A stretch of 64,000 nucleotides of DNA, from NCBI GenBank assembly GCA_022508345.1, contig JAFLVK010000002.1, forward strand, positions 151,510 through 215,509. Direction: 5' to 3'. The stretch comes from Clostridiales bacterium (lineage in GTDB: Bacteria; Bacillota; Clostridia; Christensenellales; CAG-314). The position numbers and the translations under genes were made by a program. The notes beneath the pieces were generated by a model. That model was not told where the DNA came from, did no database searches, and saw only the letters and a list, made by a program, of their open reading frames with translations. Shown here in pieces: positions 38,800-49,340 of this stretch; position 1 is the stretch's first letter, and the number at the start of each line of letters is the position of its first letter.

Positions 38800-40014
38800 C
38801 TACAGTACAAGGGCGCCTACGCTGCGCATGCGAAGCGGATACACGCGGTTGCCGTAGATTTCCGTTACTTTAGCAACGAAATCATTTGCGTACTCGGTTG
38901 GAACAACGCAAAGTACCGTCCCTGCAAAGCCACCGCCGTGAACTCTCACGCCACAGGGGCAAAGTTTACGCGCAGTTTTTACAATGTCGGCTATTGCAGT
39001 GTCGTATTCGTCCACAGCGCAATTTTGCAGCTGCGTAAGGCTACTGTCGCCGGAGCTGTTGACTAGCTCCACTACCTTGGCAGTGTCTCCCCTGCTCAAC
39101 GCCAACTGAACCTCGTCCACACGGTGATTTTCTTCAAAGAAATGCTTGGCGCGCAATGCAGGACGTAGCCCCAGTGCATGTACAACCTCGTCGTATTTGC
39201 TGTAAAACAGTTCTTCGTCCACTTCGACAAGCCGTTGCTTGTGGAAGAATGCTGCTACTGCTTTCATTTCGGCAGGAATTGTCGCATAAAGTGGCGAAAG
39301 GTTACCGTGACTTGTTCCCGTGTTGATAAGTACAAGCTGAATTTTGCTGAAATCTGCCTGCAAGCGAGTGTAATGCAGCTCGTCGGCAAAGTCCAACGCC
39401 ACCGCACCTCCAACAACTACCACGCTTTGATCAAGCAGTCCACATGGCTTGTCGAAGTACTCGTTTTCGGCGAATTGCCCCGCTTTGGCAATTTGTTCTG
39501 CAGGTATCTGCCCGTTATTGAAAAGTTCGTTCAATATTGTGGCAATTACCGTCTCAAAAGCCGCACTACTGGACACCCCCGCACCTGCAGGTATGGTTGA
39601 GTCGGTGTAGGCGTCAAAGCCGCCCACTTTGTACCCCTGCCCCTTGAGATAAGCGACAACCCCCTTGCACAGGCTAGCGCTACCGCTGGTTTTCTCCAGG
39701 TCGTGAATACTGAAGCGGACAGGACGACGGTCCTTGCCTTGAATGTTGATAATATCCGTGCCATTGGGGAGGAATGCTGCAACGATATCAAGACTGATGG
39801 TACACGCCAGTACACGCCCACCGTTGTGGTCGGTGTGATTACCCACAAATTCCACCCGTCCGCTTGCGGAACACAGATAGGCTGATGTACATGAATACAG
39901 CTGTTTGAATTGAGTTAAAAGTGCCTTGTAGCGATCCAGTTCCTTTACGTTCTTCCGTCCGTACAAACTGTCGAGATAAGGTAAAATCTCTGTTGCATTG
40001 CTAAACTTTCGCAT
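38800..40014 (-). CDS. galK: Galactokinase
   Basis: GRVEFVGNHTDHNGG, PAGAGVSSSAA, CGLLDQ and HGGGFAG motifs. Confidence 0.88.
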   Translation of the reverse strand: MRKFSNATEILPYLDSLYGRKNVKELDRYKALLTQFKQLYSCTSAYLCSASGRVEFVGNHTDHNGGRVLACTISLDIVAAFLPNGTDIINIQGKDRRPVRFSIHDLEKTSGSASLCKGVVAYLKGQGYKVGGFDAYTDSTIPAGAGVSSSAAFETVIATILNELFNNGQIPAEQIAKAGQFAENEYFDKPCGLLDQSVVVVGGAVALDFADELHYTRLQADFSKIQLVLINTGTSHGNLSPLYATIPAEMKAVAAFFHKQRLVEVDEELFYSKYDEVVHALGLRPALRAKHFFEENHRVDEVQLALSRGDTAKVVELVNSSGDSSLTQLQNCAVDEYDTAIADIVKTARKLCPCGVRVHGGGFAGTVLCVVPTEYANDFVAKVTEIYGNRVYPLRMRSVGALVL

Positions 40015-40148
40015 AACTTACCTTGTTGTGAAAAAACTGGTATTATAATACCACATTATTTCATAAAAGACAAGATTTTAATGGACAGTCCATCAGTCTG
40101 CCACGCATACACCTCCCCTTACACTGAGTAGCTTATTTACAGTCATAA

Positions 40149-40183
40149 CAAAAGAACCAAGTCGAAATGACTTGGTTCTTTGT
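40149..40183 (-). terminator. Intrinsic terminator ending the ABC/nuclease cluster
   Basis: CAAAGAACCAAGTC-GAAAT-GACTTGGTTCTTTG. Confidence 0.75.
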
Positions 40184-40235
40184 TGTTAAATTAAACTTTT
40201 AACAGTTTAGTTATTTATTTGTGACTTACAAAATC

Positions 40236-41735
40236 TTAGTCAGCGGAGGGCATAAGACGCATAGCCCACTCACCGGAAACGTCAAGGTTGTCTTGATTCA
40301 TCTTGGACCAAGTAGCGCCACCGATACTGGTGTACGTACCTTGTGAGTTCAAGTAGTACTTGTTTTCATTAATTTCCATATAAGGAATTCTCAACGTCGT
40401 ATCCATCTTAAACACACCATTTGCAGGAGTTTCAGTCGTAAGCTTTGCATTTACGTACGTACCGCTCAAAATGATTGTAACGTAAGTCTTGGTGCCGGAG
40501 CTGTTCATGAAATAAATATAGAAACCGTCGCCAGACTTCTCGATAAAGCAATCAACACCGTTGTCTTTAACCTTAACCGTGTTTAGATAATACTCTTGCG
40601 ATTGCGTAGCGCCGTTGAAGTACAGAGTTTCAGATCCCTTGTAAACTGCAAGTTTGTAAGCTGTGCCTTCAACGGGATTAGCCTCGAATTGGCCTCTGAT
40701 CTTAGCAAGTTCGTCACTATCTACTACTATTCCGCCGTATTGGTTGAAGTCTTCGTCGCCAACAAGTCTTGCAACAAATTGCGTGCTGTCGATGTTAGCA
40801 GAGTTAGAGCCTGTGAGATAATACGAGCTTGTTGCAGAAATTGTCGTATATCCGGGACGAGAACCAAGATAGAAATCATTTTCGCCAAGGTCACCGCAAA
40901 CGATGGTTGCTTTCAGTGAGTTGTTCATAGATGTATCAACAGAAAATACGGTTGTGGGTTCTTCCGTGATACTGCAGTCGCCGTAAGGAGTTGCCTTACC
41001 GGTGGAGCTTGTTCCTGCTCTACCTGTGAATGTCAAATACTTCTTTGTTGCGCCGTCCATGAAGGAGATGTAGAAACCACCCTCAGCTGCTTCCAACTTA
41101 ACTTTAACAGATGCAGAACGCTCTTTATTCAGTCCAAAATAGTTACCGCTCATTTTACCCGTGAAATAATACACGTAGTTTACGTCACCAAAGTACACAC
41201 TAAGGTTGTATTCCGTGCCCATAGCAGGGCTGGCAATTGTTGCGGGCAAATAATGTTGAAGCAATTCGTTGTCGCCACCAAGACGGGTAACCGTGCGGTT
41301 GAAGCTTACTGTGTAGGTTGCGTTTTCGTCGCCGTTGTAACCCTTGTATGCTTCACCCTTGTCGTCTACCAATGTTCCCTTAAGTGTGTAGGAAATACTA
41401 TCAGTCAAAGTTGCAGGATCGGGTACGTTAACTGTGTAGTTGCCGTTAGAATCCTTGTCAGCGCTTACTGTAACTTTGTCTGTACCTTCGATTGTCCATT
41501 TAATAGCGCACTTGATAGGCTCTTTGTCAGCATTGATACCGGTAATTTCGCCAAGTACTTTATAGCTCTCGGCTTTCTCAGCTGCATCCTCTCTGTACTG
41601 GTTGAACAAGTTGGAGCGCAATATTTTGAGTTCATTGTCGGAGAGAGCGCCATTACCATTGCACGCAGCAAACACAGTAAGCATACTGATTGCCACTAGC
41701 ACAAGACAGCATATTAATGCAATTTTCTTTTTCAT
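40236..41735 (-). CDS. Lipoprotein with two repeated beta-rich domains, function unknown
   Basis: Lipobox FAAC; internal repeat YYFTG..GGFYISFM..KKYLT and LYFNG..DGFYIYFM..KTYVT. Confidence 0.65.
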   Translation of the reverse strand: MKKKIALICCLVLVAISMLTVFAACNGNGALSDNELKILRSNLFNQYREDAAEKAESYKVLGEITGINADKEPIKCAIKWTIEGTDKVTVSADKDSNGNYTVNVPDPATLTDSISYTLKGTLVDDKGEAYKGYNGDENATYTVSFNRTVTRLGGDNELLQHYLPATIASPAMGTEYNLSVYFGDVNYVYYFTGKMSGNYFGLNKERSASVKVKLEAAEGGFYISFMDGATKKYLTFTGRAGTSSTGKATPYGDCSITEEPTTVFSVDTSMNNSLKATIVCGDLGENDFYLGSRPGYTTISATSSYYLTGSNSANIDSTQFVARLVGDEDFNQYGGIVVDSDELAKIRGQFEANPVEGTAYKLAVYKGSETLYFNGATQSQEYYLNTVKVKDNGVDCFIEKSGDGFYIYFMNSSGTKTYVTIILSGTYVNAKLTTETPANGVFKMDTTLRIPYMEINENKYYLNSQGTYTSIGGATWSKMNQDNLDVSGEWAMRLMPSAD

Positions 41736-41837
41736 TTTTGTCTCCTTTTAAATTATTTTATAAGTATCACTTATACGCGAATGGTTTGCCACTCGCAAAA
41801 CAACGCAAAACGCTGTTTACAGTCATTACATATCACA

Positions 41838-43370
41838 TTAGCCGACAAATGTGAAATTTGCAAGGCTGAATACATTGATTTGATAGGGGCTGTTGCCGTA
41901 CTTATCGTCGTCATCTGTGCTGTAATAGCCTACTACACCCTTTACGTTAAAGGTCTTGCCTTCAAAGAATCCTTTCAAAACAACGCCTGAGGGCAAATCG
42001 GAACCGTCCGAAATGAACTGAGAGGGAACAATGCCGTTAGGATCCGTCAAGACGCCTGTACGGATAACAATTTCCCTGCCGGAGCCTTCCTGTGTGCAAG
42101 TGATAGACATTGCACCACGGGATGAACTAGCCGGATTGGTTGTTGTAAAAATGGACTTAACCTTCAAGTTGGTCATGTAAATAGATGTCGCTTGTGCAAA
42201 TGCAGCGTAATCCTTGGTAACTACCTGGTCCTCATGCTGGTCATCGCCAATGATAGTTACCTGTATTTGTTTGTAGAAATCGTCCACTGATACTTCTTCC
42301 CAACGTGGGTCACGAGTTTCGTTATCCACTATTTTGGTGTTGTTGGGATCGTCGGGATGCAGTTCACGATAAGCGAGACCGGACACTTGATAAGATCCGC
42401 TAAACAGAGTTACGTTACCTACTACACGAACATGGTTACCAACCAACAGGGCGTCTCTCAACGCGCCGTTTTTGGTAAAGCCGTAGTAACAATACATACC
42501 AAAGCTGATTCCACTTATTTCGTCGTATTCCTCAACGTAAACACCGTTGTTGTTATCCAACACTACATAGCCTTCAAATGCAACCTTTTTGCCGTTGTAG
42601 TCCTCAATGTTACTGCGCAACTCCTTGAGTGTGAGTGGGATAGCATCACCGTAATAAAAGGTTTCGTCAGGCACGCTGTCATCGTGAACACGGTAGTTAA
42701 GCGCTTGCGCTTGTCTTAGTGCTTTACCGCAAATTTCACCGTAGCAGTTACCTTCGGAATTGGATGCTCTACCCAAGCCTTCCTGCAACAGCTCCAGGTT
42801 GAGGTTGCGGTACTCACCACCACTAGCAGGCTTGTACCAAACCCAAACTGTGTAACGAGTACTTGTGGAGTCCTTGTTCCAATTGTCGTTGTCTGATTCC
42901 AAAATTATTTCTGAAGCACTGGAAAGCTTTTCCTTGGTAAAGTTGGATGCAACCTTGCCGTAGGGCTCAACCTGACCGGTTGATTCGGGAGTGTTTACAG
43001 CAAGATATCTTGCTTTCAACAAACCTACGTCAACAACTGAACTGGGAACGGTAAAGTGAGTTGTATCGCCGTCAATGTAATTCTTGACGGTTGCCTTTGT
43101 CCAGTTTCTGCCGGAGTTTTCGTTAAATGTCAGTTCGGAAACATAGTCCACGAAGTCGGCATTGGCAGTTTCGTCGTAGATACAAACGCCATTGTGCCAA
43201 GTGTGACTACCGGTTATGTCGCACTTTTTTTCATTGCAAAGCTTGCATACGCCGTCTTTATCAAACTCATGCTCACATTCCTTGTTGCATGCAATCAAGC
43301 AGCTGTAAGACACTGCAAAAATCATGACAAGAACCAGCATCAAGCATAAAACTTTAATGGTTTTTTTCAT
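41838..43370 (-). CDS. Thermonuclease (SNase)-family secreted/lipoprotein with OB-fold-like domains
   Basis: IDGDT, ARYLAVNTPES, EPYGKVAS, RYTVWVW and NLELLQEGLG motifs; signal peptide. Confidence 0.8.
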   Translation of the reverse strand: MKKTIKVLCLMLVLVMIFAVSYSCLIACNKECEHEFDKDGVCKLCNEKKCDITGSHTWHNGVCIYDETANADFVDYVSELTFNENSGRNWTKATVKNYIDGDTTHFTVPSSVVDVGLLKARYLAVNTPESTGQVEPYGKVASNFTKEKLSSASEIILESDNDNWNKDSTSTRYTVWVWYKPASGGEYRNLNLELLQEGLGRASNSEGNCYGEICGKALRQAQALNYRVHDDSVPDETFYYGDAIPLTLKELRSNIEDYNGKKVAFEGYVVLDNNNGVYVEEYDEISGISFGMYCYYGFTKNGALRDALLVGNHVRVVGNVTLFSGSYQVSGLAYRELHPDDPNNTKIVDNETRDPRWEEVSVDDFYKQIQVTIIGDDQHEDQVVTKDYAAFAQATSIYMTNLKVKSIFTTTNPASSSRGAMSITCTQEGSGREIVIRTGVLTDPNGIVPSQFISDGSDLPSGVVLKGFFEGKTFNVKGVVGYYSTDDDDKYGNSPYQINVFSLANFTFVG

Positions 43371-43446
43371 AATTTACCATCCTTATTATTATTTGTGTTT
43401 TGCCACGGCAGTTAACTGCCGTGGCGATATTGTTGTTTACAAATTA

Positions 43447-44967
43447 TTAAGCAGCTGCATTACCGTATTCGCACTCGTTGATGGCATTAACAAATGCTGT
43501 TCTGATAATTGCGTCAACATCGGTGCCCTTGTTACTGATACAAGCAACTAACAAACGTCCTACTTGGTCACGAGCGGTAGAAGAACCGGGGAATGCGGGG
43601 GAAGTGAAGAAGCTCTTGTAATTGCGACCGTCTTCAGCCATGCCCAAGCAAACCTTTTGAGACAGATAGGAAATTCTGTCGCCACCGTTTGCGTTTTTCA
43701 TATTTTGAATGTACAGCTTTACAGCAGGAATAGTATCTATAAGCTTTTCGTCAGACAAAGACTTGATAGGAGGTACGTATCCGCCGATGTTGGTAAATTC
43801 ATATTGGAATCCGTGGTTGGTAAGCAAGAACTTCAAGAACAGCCAGCTTGCCACAACTTCTTGCGGATTTTCTCTGTTAAACAGACATACGTTGGGACCT
43901 TGCGAAATTGCTACGGCATTGTTGGGATCCATTTGCGGAATGGTTGTAATACCAACGTCAAATGGGTACTTACCTGTATTTGAGTCCTTGTCGGGGCGCT
44001 GGTTACCCGCACCTGCCGACGAACCAATTGTCATGTAACTTCTGGTTTTAGCATTTTTGCCCGTGAACAAAGCGCTTGTGTATCCGCTGTCAGAGCCTGT
44101 ATTGTACAGCGTGCCTGTTGTGAAGTAACCTGCTTGATACCATTCACGAAGCTTCTTCATCAGATTTTGCGCTTCGGGAGTGTTAAATTGGTAGTGATTA
44201 CCGTCTAGTGAAGTATAGGGATATCCTGCTTGTTCCATAAGGGTAATGAACCAGTTGGATTCACTGTCATATCCGAAAGGTGTGCAGGTGGGATCCAATT
44301 GCTTAAGTCTTGCGCAAACATATTCCATACTGGTGTGCTCTGCATCCAATCCTGTCTGACCGTTAGTTGGGAACCAGTGATCGGGAAGTTCAAGACCCCA
44401 TTCGCTGAACTTGTCTTTGTTGTAGAACAGCACTTCAGTGGACTTAGCAAAGGGAAGGGTGTACATCTTGCCGTCTTCAAATTGCTTACCTTCGTTCCAG
44501 AATGTCTCGTAGAAGTCTGCCTTTTGTTCTGCCGTAAAGCCCAGTCTTTCCTTGCTGCCGTCAGCTCTTGTAATCTCGATGTCGCTGTCAATCAAGCTGT
44601 CAAGAGTAACAACCTTACCAAATTGATTGTATAAAGCAACGTGGTCGGGATAGCAATACGCCATATTTGGGTAATCGCTACCGGTCAATTCGGTTTTGAT
44701 TTTGTTACGAACATCGTCGTATTTACCTTCGGCGCTGTGCTCAATGGTGATGTTGGGATACAGCTTGTTGAACTCTGCTACGTAGTAGTCCAAAGTCGTT
44801 CTGTATTCCTGACCCATGATGTGGTAGAACTTGACTGTGACTTTGCTTCCGTCATATCCGCCTTCGGGAATTTCGAAATCGCCAAGATTATTGTTGCAAC
44901 CCGCAAATACTACAATCAAAGACGTAGCCAAAGCAAGCGCAAGTATAAGCGCAATTAGTTTCTTCAT
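43447..44967 (-). CDS. ABC substrate-binding lipoprotein (CUT1/UgpB-like)
   Basis: Lipobox FAGC; YPDHV, LPFAKSTE and QGPN motifs. Confidence 0.85.
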   Translation of the reverse strand: MKKLIALILALALATSLIVVFAGCNNNLGDFEIPEGGYDGSKVTVKFYHIMGQEYRTTLDYYVAEFNKLYPNITIEHSAEGKYDDVRNKIKTELTGSDYPNMAYCYPDHVALYNQFGKVVTLDSLIDSDIEITRADGSKERLGFTAEQKADFYETFWNEGKQFEDGKMYTLPFAKSTEVLFYNKDKFSEWGLELPDHWFPTNGQTGLDAEHTSMEYVCARLKQLDPTCTPFGYDSESNWFITLMEQAGYPYTSLDGNHYQFNTPEAQNLMKKLREWYQAGYFTTGTLYNTGSDSGYTSALFTGKNAKTRSYMTIGSSAGAGNQRPDKDSNTGKYPFDVGITTIPQMDPNNAVAISQGPNVCLFNRENPQEVVASWLFLKFLLTNHGFQYEFTNIGGYVPPIKSLSDEKLIDTIPAVKLYIQNMKNANGGDRISYLSQKVCLGMAEDGRNYKSFFTSPAFPGSSTARDQVGRLLVACISNKGTDVDAIIRTAFVNAINECEYGNAAA

Positions 44968-45076
44968 AGTTTTCCTCCAATATTTTTGCTAAAAATTAGC
45001 TATTTTACACGCCAAGACAACATTTAATTGTTGCCTCGGCAATTTGTAACGATTTACAAGTGTTTGTCATTCAGTG

Positions 45077-46171
45077 TTAACCCTTCAATCCACTGCGGCT
45101 GACACCCTTCATGATGTACTTGCGCAGGAATATGAACACAAGGAACAGCGGGAAAGACACCATCGCAACCGCCGCCATCTGCACGGGATAGTTGACTTGG
45201 TCGGTCAACGGAGTACCGTTGGCATCGTAAACGTAGAACGTCGCTCCTCTCAGACCGTTTGTGATAAGCTTGTGTGCGTCGTCGTTGGCAACCAAGCGCG
45301 GCCAAATGTAGCTGTTCCACGAACCCATCATTTTGAGTATCGTAATGGAAATGATTGTGGGCAATGCCAGGGGAATCATAACCTTCCACAAATATTTCAA
45401 GTCGCTTGTTCCGTCTACCTTTGCAGCGTAGTACAGCTCGTCGGGAATTTGTTTGAAGTTTTGACGAAGCAGGTAAACATAAAACACGCTAACCAAAAAC
45501 GGTACGATAAGCGCAGTGTAAGTTCCACCCCACTTCAAATATTGTGTAACGGTTCCGTAGTTGGTAATTGTGAACAATTCGCCCGGGATCATCATTGTTG
45601 CAAGTAAGCCTGCAAACAGTGCGTTTTTACCGCGGAACTCCAACCTTGCGAAAGCGAATGCAGCAAGCACTGTGATAATGAGCGACAATATCGTTGAAAC
45701 AATACCTACGAACACTGTATTTACAAACAACGTGCCGAGATTTGCCGTGTCAAACGCTTGTGCGTAGTTGCTCCACAAAATTTCGTGAGGGAAGAATGTT
45801 GGCGGATTTTGTTGATATTCGCTCCAACTCTTCAACGACGAAATAATCATCCAGTAGAATGGGAACAGTACGCTTATTGCAATAGCAACAAGAAATACGT
45901 ATGTCAAAATTTTCACACAAATCTTGACGACCTTTTGAACCTTTTTTACACGTTCAATGTTGCGTTCCTTCATTACGCCCTTGCCAAGAGCCTCAGCATC
46001 ACCCAATGACACTGTGGTAAGTGCAGGCTCCGACACCATTTCCGTAGCCATTTCGTCCATAGGCGTAGATTCCGTATTATTGACAACGGATGCCGTTTCG
46101 GCAAGTGTTTGTTCGAGATTTTCAAGTACGTCTACAACCGGAGTTGCGTTTTCAATTTTTTTCTTAGCCAT
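45077..46171 (-). CDS. Carbohydrate-type ABC permease
   Basis: FPFYWM, AAKVDG and WNSYIWP motifs. Confidence 0.88.
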   Translation of the reverse strand: MAKKKIENATPVVDVLENLEQTLAETASVVNNTESTPMDEMATEMVSEPALTTVSLGDAEALGKGVMKERNIERVKKVQKVVKICVKILTYVFLVAIAISVLFPFYWMIISSLKSWSEYQQNPPTFFPHEILWSNYAQAFDTANLGTLFVNTVFVGIVSTILSLIITVLAAFAFARLEFRGKNALFAGLLATMMIPGELFTITNYGTVTQYLKWGGTYTALIVPFLVSVFYVYLLRQNFKQIPDELYYAAKVDGTSDLKYLWKVMIPLALPTIISITILKMMGSWNSYIWPRLVANDDAHKLITNGLRGATFYVYDANGTPLTDQVNYPVQMAAVAMVSFPLFLVFIFLRKYIMKGVSRSGLKG

Positions 46172-46187
46172 TGTTTTCGCCCTCCTC

Positions 46188-47144
46188 TTAGTAGTGAACT
46201 TTCTTTTTGCTGACGTACATATTCAGCATTGTTACAGCAAATATAATTGCAAACAAGATTAGCGCCGCGGCGCTTGCCTTGCCTTCATGCGCATTTGAGT
46301 CCATGATGTTACGGTTGATAAAACCAACCATAGTGTCCATTTGATACCAGTTGTCGGCAGGTCCCATTTTGTCGCCAAATACACCTACGATACTGCTGTA
46401 TTCCTTGAAGCCGCCGATAAAACCGGTGATTACAACGTATGCAAGCATAGGGCTGAGCATTGGAACTGTAATGCGGAAGAAGGTACGTGTACGGCTTGTT
46501 CCGTCTACCTTGGCTGCGTCGTAGTACTGCTTGTTGACGCTTTGCAGTCCTCCAAGCAGTATCAGTATCTTGAATGGCAACGCATTCCACACTATGTACA
46601 CTACCATGACGAACATGTTTGCGCTCCAGCTAGAGCCTTCGTTTACCCAGTTGATTGCTTTTCCGCCGAATAACTCGATAACATTGTTGATAATACCTGA
46701 CGTTGTAATAATCGGGTTTTCCGTAGTAAGACCAACGCCGACCATACTGAACATTGTGGAGAATACAAGTCCAATTGCGATTGTGTTGGTAACGTAAGGC
46801 AGGAAATAGATTGTTTGAAGCAATCTATTAAATGCCTTGATTGAGTTCAAACACACTGCAATTAGCAACGCTAAAAATGTTGATATGGGAACGGTAATTA
46901 CCGTCAAGAGTAACGTGTTCTTCAAGCCCGTCATGAAGCCCTGATACCCAAGAACCATCTTGAAGTTATCTATACCAAAGCCCTTGTAAAAAAGACCCTG
47001 TCGGCTACCAATCGCCAATATGTAGTCGTTGGAAAACGCCATCATGAGGGTGTTTACAATAGGATAAACGGTAAACACCAATGTTAATATGATGACGGGT
47101 GACAGGTACAACCACGCCTTCCATTGTTTTTTGCTATCTACCAT
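46188..47144 (-). CDS. Carbohydrate-type ABC permease
   Basis: YFLPYVT, DAAKVDG and ITVPMLSP motifs. Confidence 0.88.
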   Translation of the reverse strand: MVDSKKQWKAWLYLSPVIILTLVFTVYPIVNTLMMAFSNDYILAIGSRQGLFYKGFGIDNFKMVLGYQGFMTGLKNTLLLTVITVPISTFLALLIAVCLNSIKAFNRLLQTIYFLPYVTNTIAIGLVFSTMFSMVGVGLTTENPIITTSGIINNVIELFGGKAINWVNEGSSWSANMFVMVVYIVWNALPFKILILLGGLQSVNKQYYDAAKVDGTSRTRTFFRITVPMLSPMLAYVVITGFIGGFKEYSSIVGVFGDKMGPADNWYQMDTMVGFINRNIMDSNAHEGKASAAALILFAIIFAVTMLNMYVSKKKVHY

Positions 47145-47149
47145 TGTTA

Positions 47150-48418
47150 TTACTCCTTGCTAGTCGCCTTTTTGGTGGTCTTTTTCGGAGCTGCTGCCGT
47201 CTTCGAAGCTGATTTTTTCGCCGTTGTTGCCGCAGTCGATTTCTTGGTTGATTTCGCTGCTGTTGACTTCTTAGCTGGTGTAGCCTTTGTCGACTTAGTT
47301 GCTTTTGAGTTTTCCTCAGCCACAACCTCGAAACGAAGTCTTTCTTCCGTTTCCTTGTTGAAAATGAACACCTTGTGAGGCTTCAATGAGAATGAAACTG
47401 TTTCCGATGCTGTATTTATCTTGTTATCGGCATCCACTATCGAACGGATAATGGGGTTGACAGACGCTTCGTTAGTGGAAACAATGGAAACGTCACGTCC
47501 CATAACCTCCAGGTTACGTAGAGCACAGTGCATTGGACCTTCTTCGTCATAAATGAAGCCTTCAGGACGGATACCGATGTAAACGTCTTGATCTTCAACG
47601 CCTGTGATATTTAGCACGGTGTCCTTACCGATAATCAGCTTGCCTTTCTTCACCTTACCTTCGAATACGTTGATGGGCGGTGTACCAAGGAACTTAGCAA
47701 CAAACAAATTGATAGGATCGTCGTACACGTCCTGCGGTTTGCCAATTTGCTGTACAATACCCAGCTTCATAACGACAATCATGTCGGAAATGGACATTGC
47801 TTCTTCTTGGTCGTGCGTTACGAACACTGTTGTAATGCCCGTTTCGCGTTGAATACGCTTGATTTCCTCACGAGTTTGAAGTCTCAAACGTGCGTCCAAG
47901 TTGGACAAGGGTTCGTCCAGAAGCAACACTCTGGGCATCTTGACAAGAGCACGGGCAATTGCAACACGCTGTTGTTGACCGCCGGAAAGCTCGCTGGGTT
48001 TACGCTCCATAAGTTCGTCAATCTGCACCAGCTTTGCTACGTGATATGCGCGTTCAAGCATTTCCGACTTTGTAAGCTTGTCGGCACCCTTGAAGTTTTG
48101 CAGTGGGAACAAAATGTTTTGCTTTACCGTCATGTGCGGATACAGCGCGTAGTTTTGGAAAACCAATCCTACACCGCGATTTTCCGGTGAAAGCTCGGTA
48201 ACGTCGTCCTCGCCAAAGAAAATTTTACCGCTTGACGGTTTTTGCAATCCGCAAATCATGTACAATGTAGTACTTTTGCCACAACCCGAAGGTCCAAGCA
48301 AACCGATAAGTTTGCCATCAGGAATTTCGAAATCGAATTTGTTAACTGCGACTACTTCTTGCCCCTTTTTGTTTCTGCTAGGGAAGATTTTTGTCAGTTC
48401 CTGCAACACAACTTTCAT
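47150..48418 (-). CDS. ABC ATPase (MalK-like) with Lys/Ala/Thr-rich tail
   Basis: [27 protein letters not shown] and LLLDEPLSNLD motifs. Confidence 0.9.
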   Translation of the reverse strand: MKVVLQELTKIFPSRNKKGQEVVAVNKFDFEIPDGKLIGLLGPSGCGKSTTLYMICGLQKPSSGKIFFGEDDVTELSPENRGVGLVFQNYALYPHMTVKQNILFPLQNFKGADKLTKSEMLERAYHVAKLVQIDELMERKPSELSGGQQQRVAIARALVKMPRVLLLDEPLSNLDARLRLQTREEIKRIQRETGITTVFVTHDQEEAMSISDMIVVMKLGIVQQIGKPQDVYDDPINLFVAKFLGTPPINVFEGKVKKGKLIIGKDTVLNITGVEDQDVYIGIRPEGFIYDEEGPMHCALRNLEVMGRDVSIVSTNEASVNPIIRSIVDADNKINTASETVSFSLKPHKVFIFNKETEERLRFEVVAEENSKATKSTKATPAKKSTAAKSTKKSTAATTAKKSASKTAAAPKKTTKKATSKE

Positions 48419-48478
48419 AAAAATTTTTCCGTCCTTGTTTTATTTTGTTAATATACTTAATAAATTTACTTAACTAAT

Positions 48479-49309
48479 TTAATCCTCTTTAATAACTGCC
48501 ACGAGCACAGTGTTGGCGACTTGAGCGACAACGGAAACGTAGCTTAAAACGAGTGTTACAATCATTGTTGCCTCTGACATAGCCAGTTCTTTAGCCTTGG
48601 CAACGCCTGCTTTTCTAAATTCATCCAACTTGCCCAGATAGTATGTATCCATCGTTTGGAACAGGTGTATGTATACAACAAAGCCTATGCCCAATGCAAT
48701 ACCAAGCGCCTTGAAAAGATACATTATTGCGGGCTTTTCATTGAAATTTGCCGACAGGAAAAACAGTATCGCGCTGCCAAAGGATAACAGCACCGAAACA
48801 ATTAACCTGCTTGCAGTGTTGTTGAAAGCCAAATCTGCCATCAACAAGTAGAACACTGCAGCAACAAACATAGTCAATGCACCAATAAACAGGGTGAGCT
48901 TTTGCGGTGTTTCGTTAGGCATTTTCACAATATCTGTGACAACGCCCGTCATTGCGCAAAAACCGTTGGCATAAGCCTCGCCTTCCGGCAAATTTTGTAA
49001 AGCGGAAACAACTTCCGGGTCTACTTCTTTGTGCTCGGCAACTTTGATAAAGGTACAACCGTTACCAAATTCCAACACGCCAGCGCGATTTCTCAATTCG
49101 CCACGAACAGTGATTTCCTCGCCCATTTCCAATTTCTCGTCACCCTTCAAGCGGATACACTGAATATCCAAGGATTTATCCTTATCCTTGACTGTTATGG
49201 TGACCTTTTTGAAAAAGACTTTTCCCGTCACTGCTTTTTTCTTTTCTTTTTTGGGCTTTTGAGCTTCTTCCGTGACTTGCACTTCTTCTACTTGTTTTAC
49301 TTCTTCCAT
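48479..49309 (-). CDS. Membrane protein, 4 TM with OB-fold-like N-terminus
   Basis: Four C-terminal hydrophobic helices; GEEITVRGELRN resembles an OB strand. Confidence 0.55.
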   Translation of the reverse strand: MEEVKQVEEVQVTEEAQKPKKEKKKAVTGKVFFKKVTITVKDKDKSLDIQCIRLKGDEKLEMGEEITVRGELRNRAGVLEFGNGCTFIKVAEHKEVDPEVVSALQNLPEGEAYANGFCAMTGVVTDIVKMPNETPQKLTLFIGALTMFVAAVFYLLMADLAFNNTASRLIVSVLLSFGSAILFFLSANFNEKPAIMYLFKALGIALGIGFVVYIHLFQTMDTYYLGKLDEFRKAGVAKAKELAMSEATMIVTLVLSYVSVVAQVANTVLVAVIKED

Positions 49310-49340
49310 TACTAACCCCCAATATTAGTATTACTTCCTT

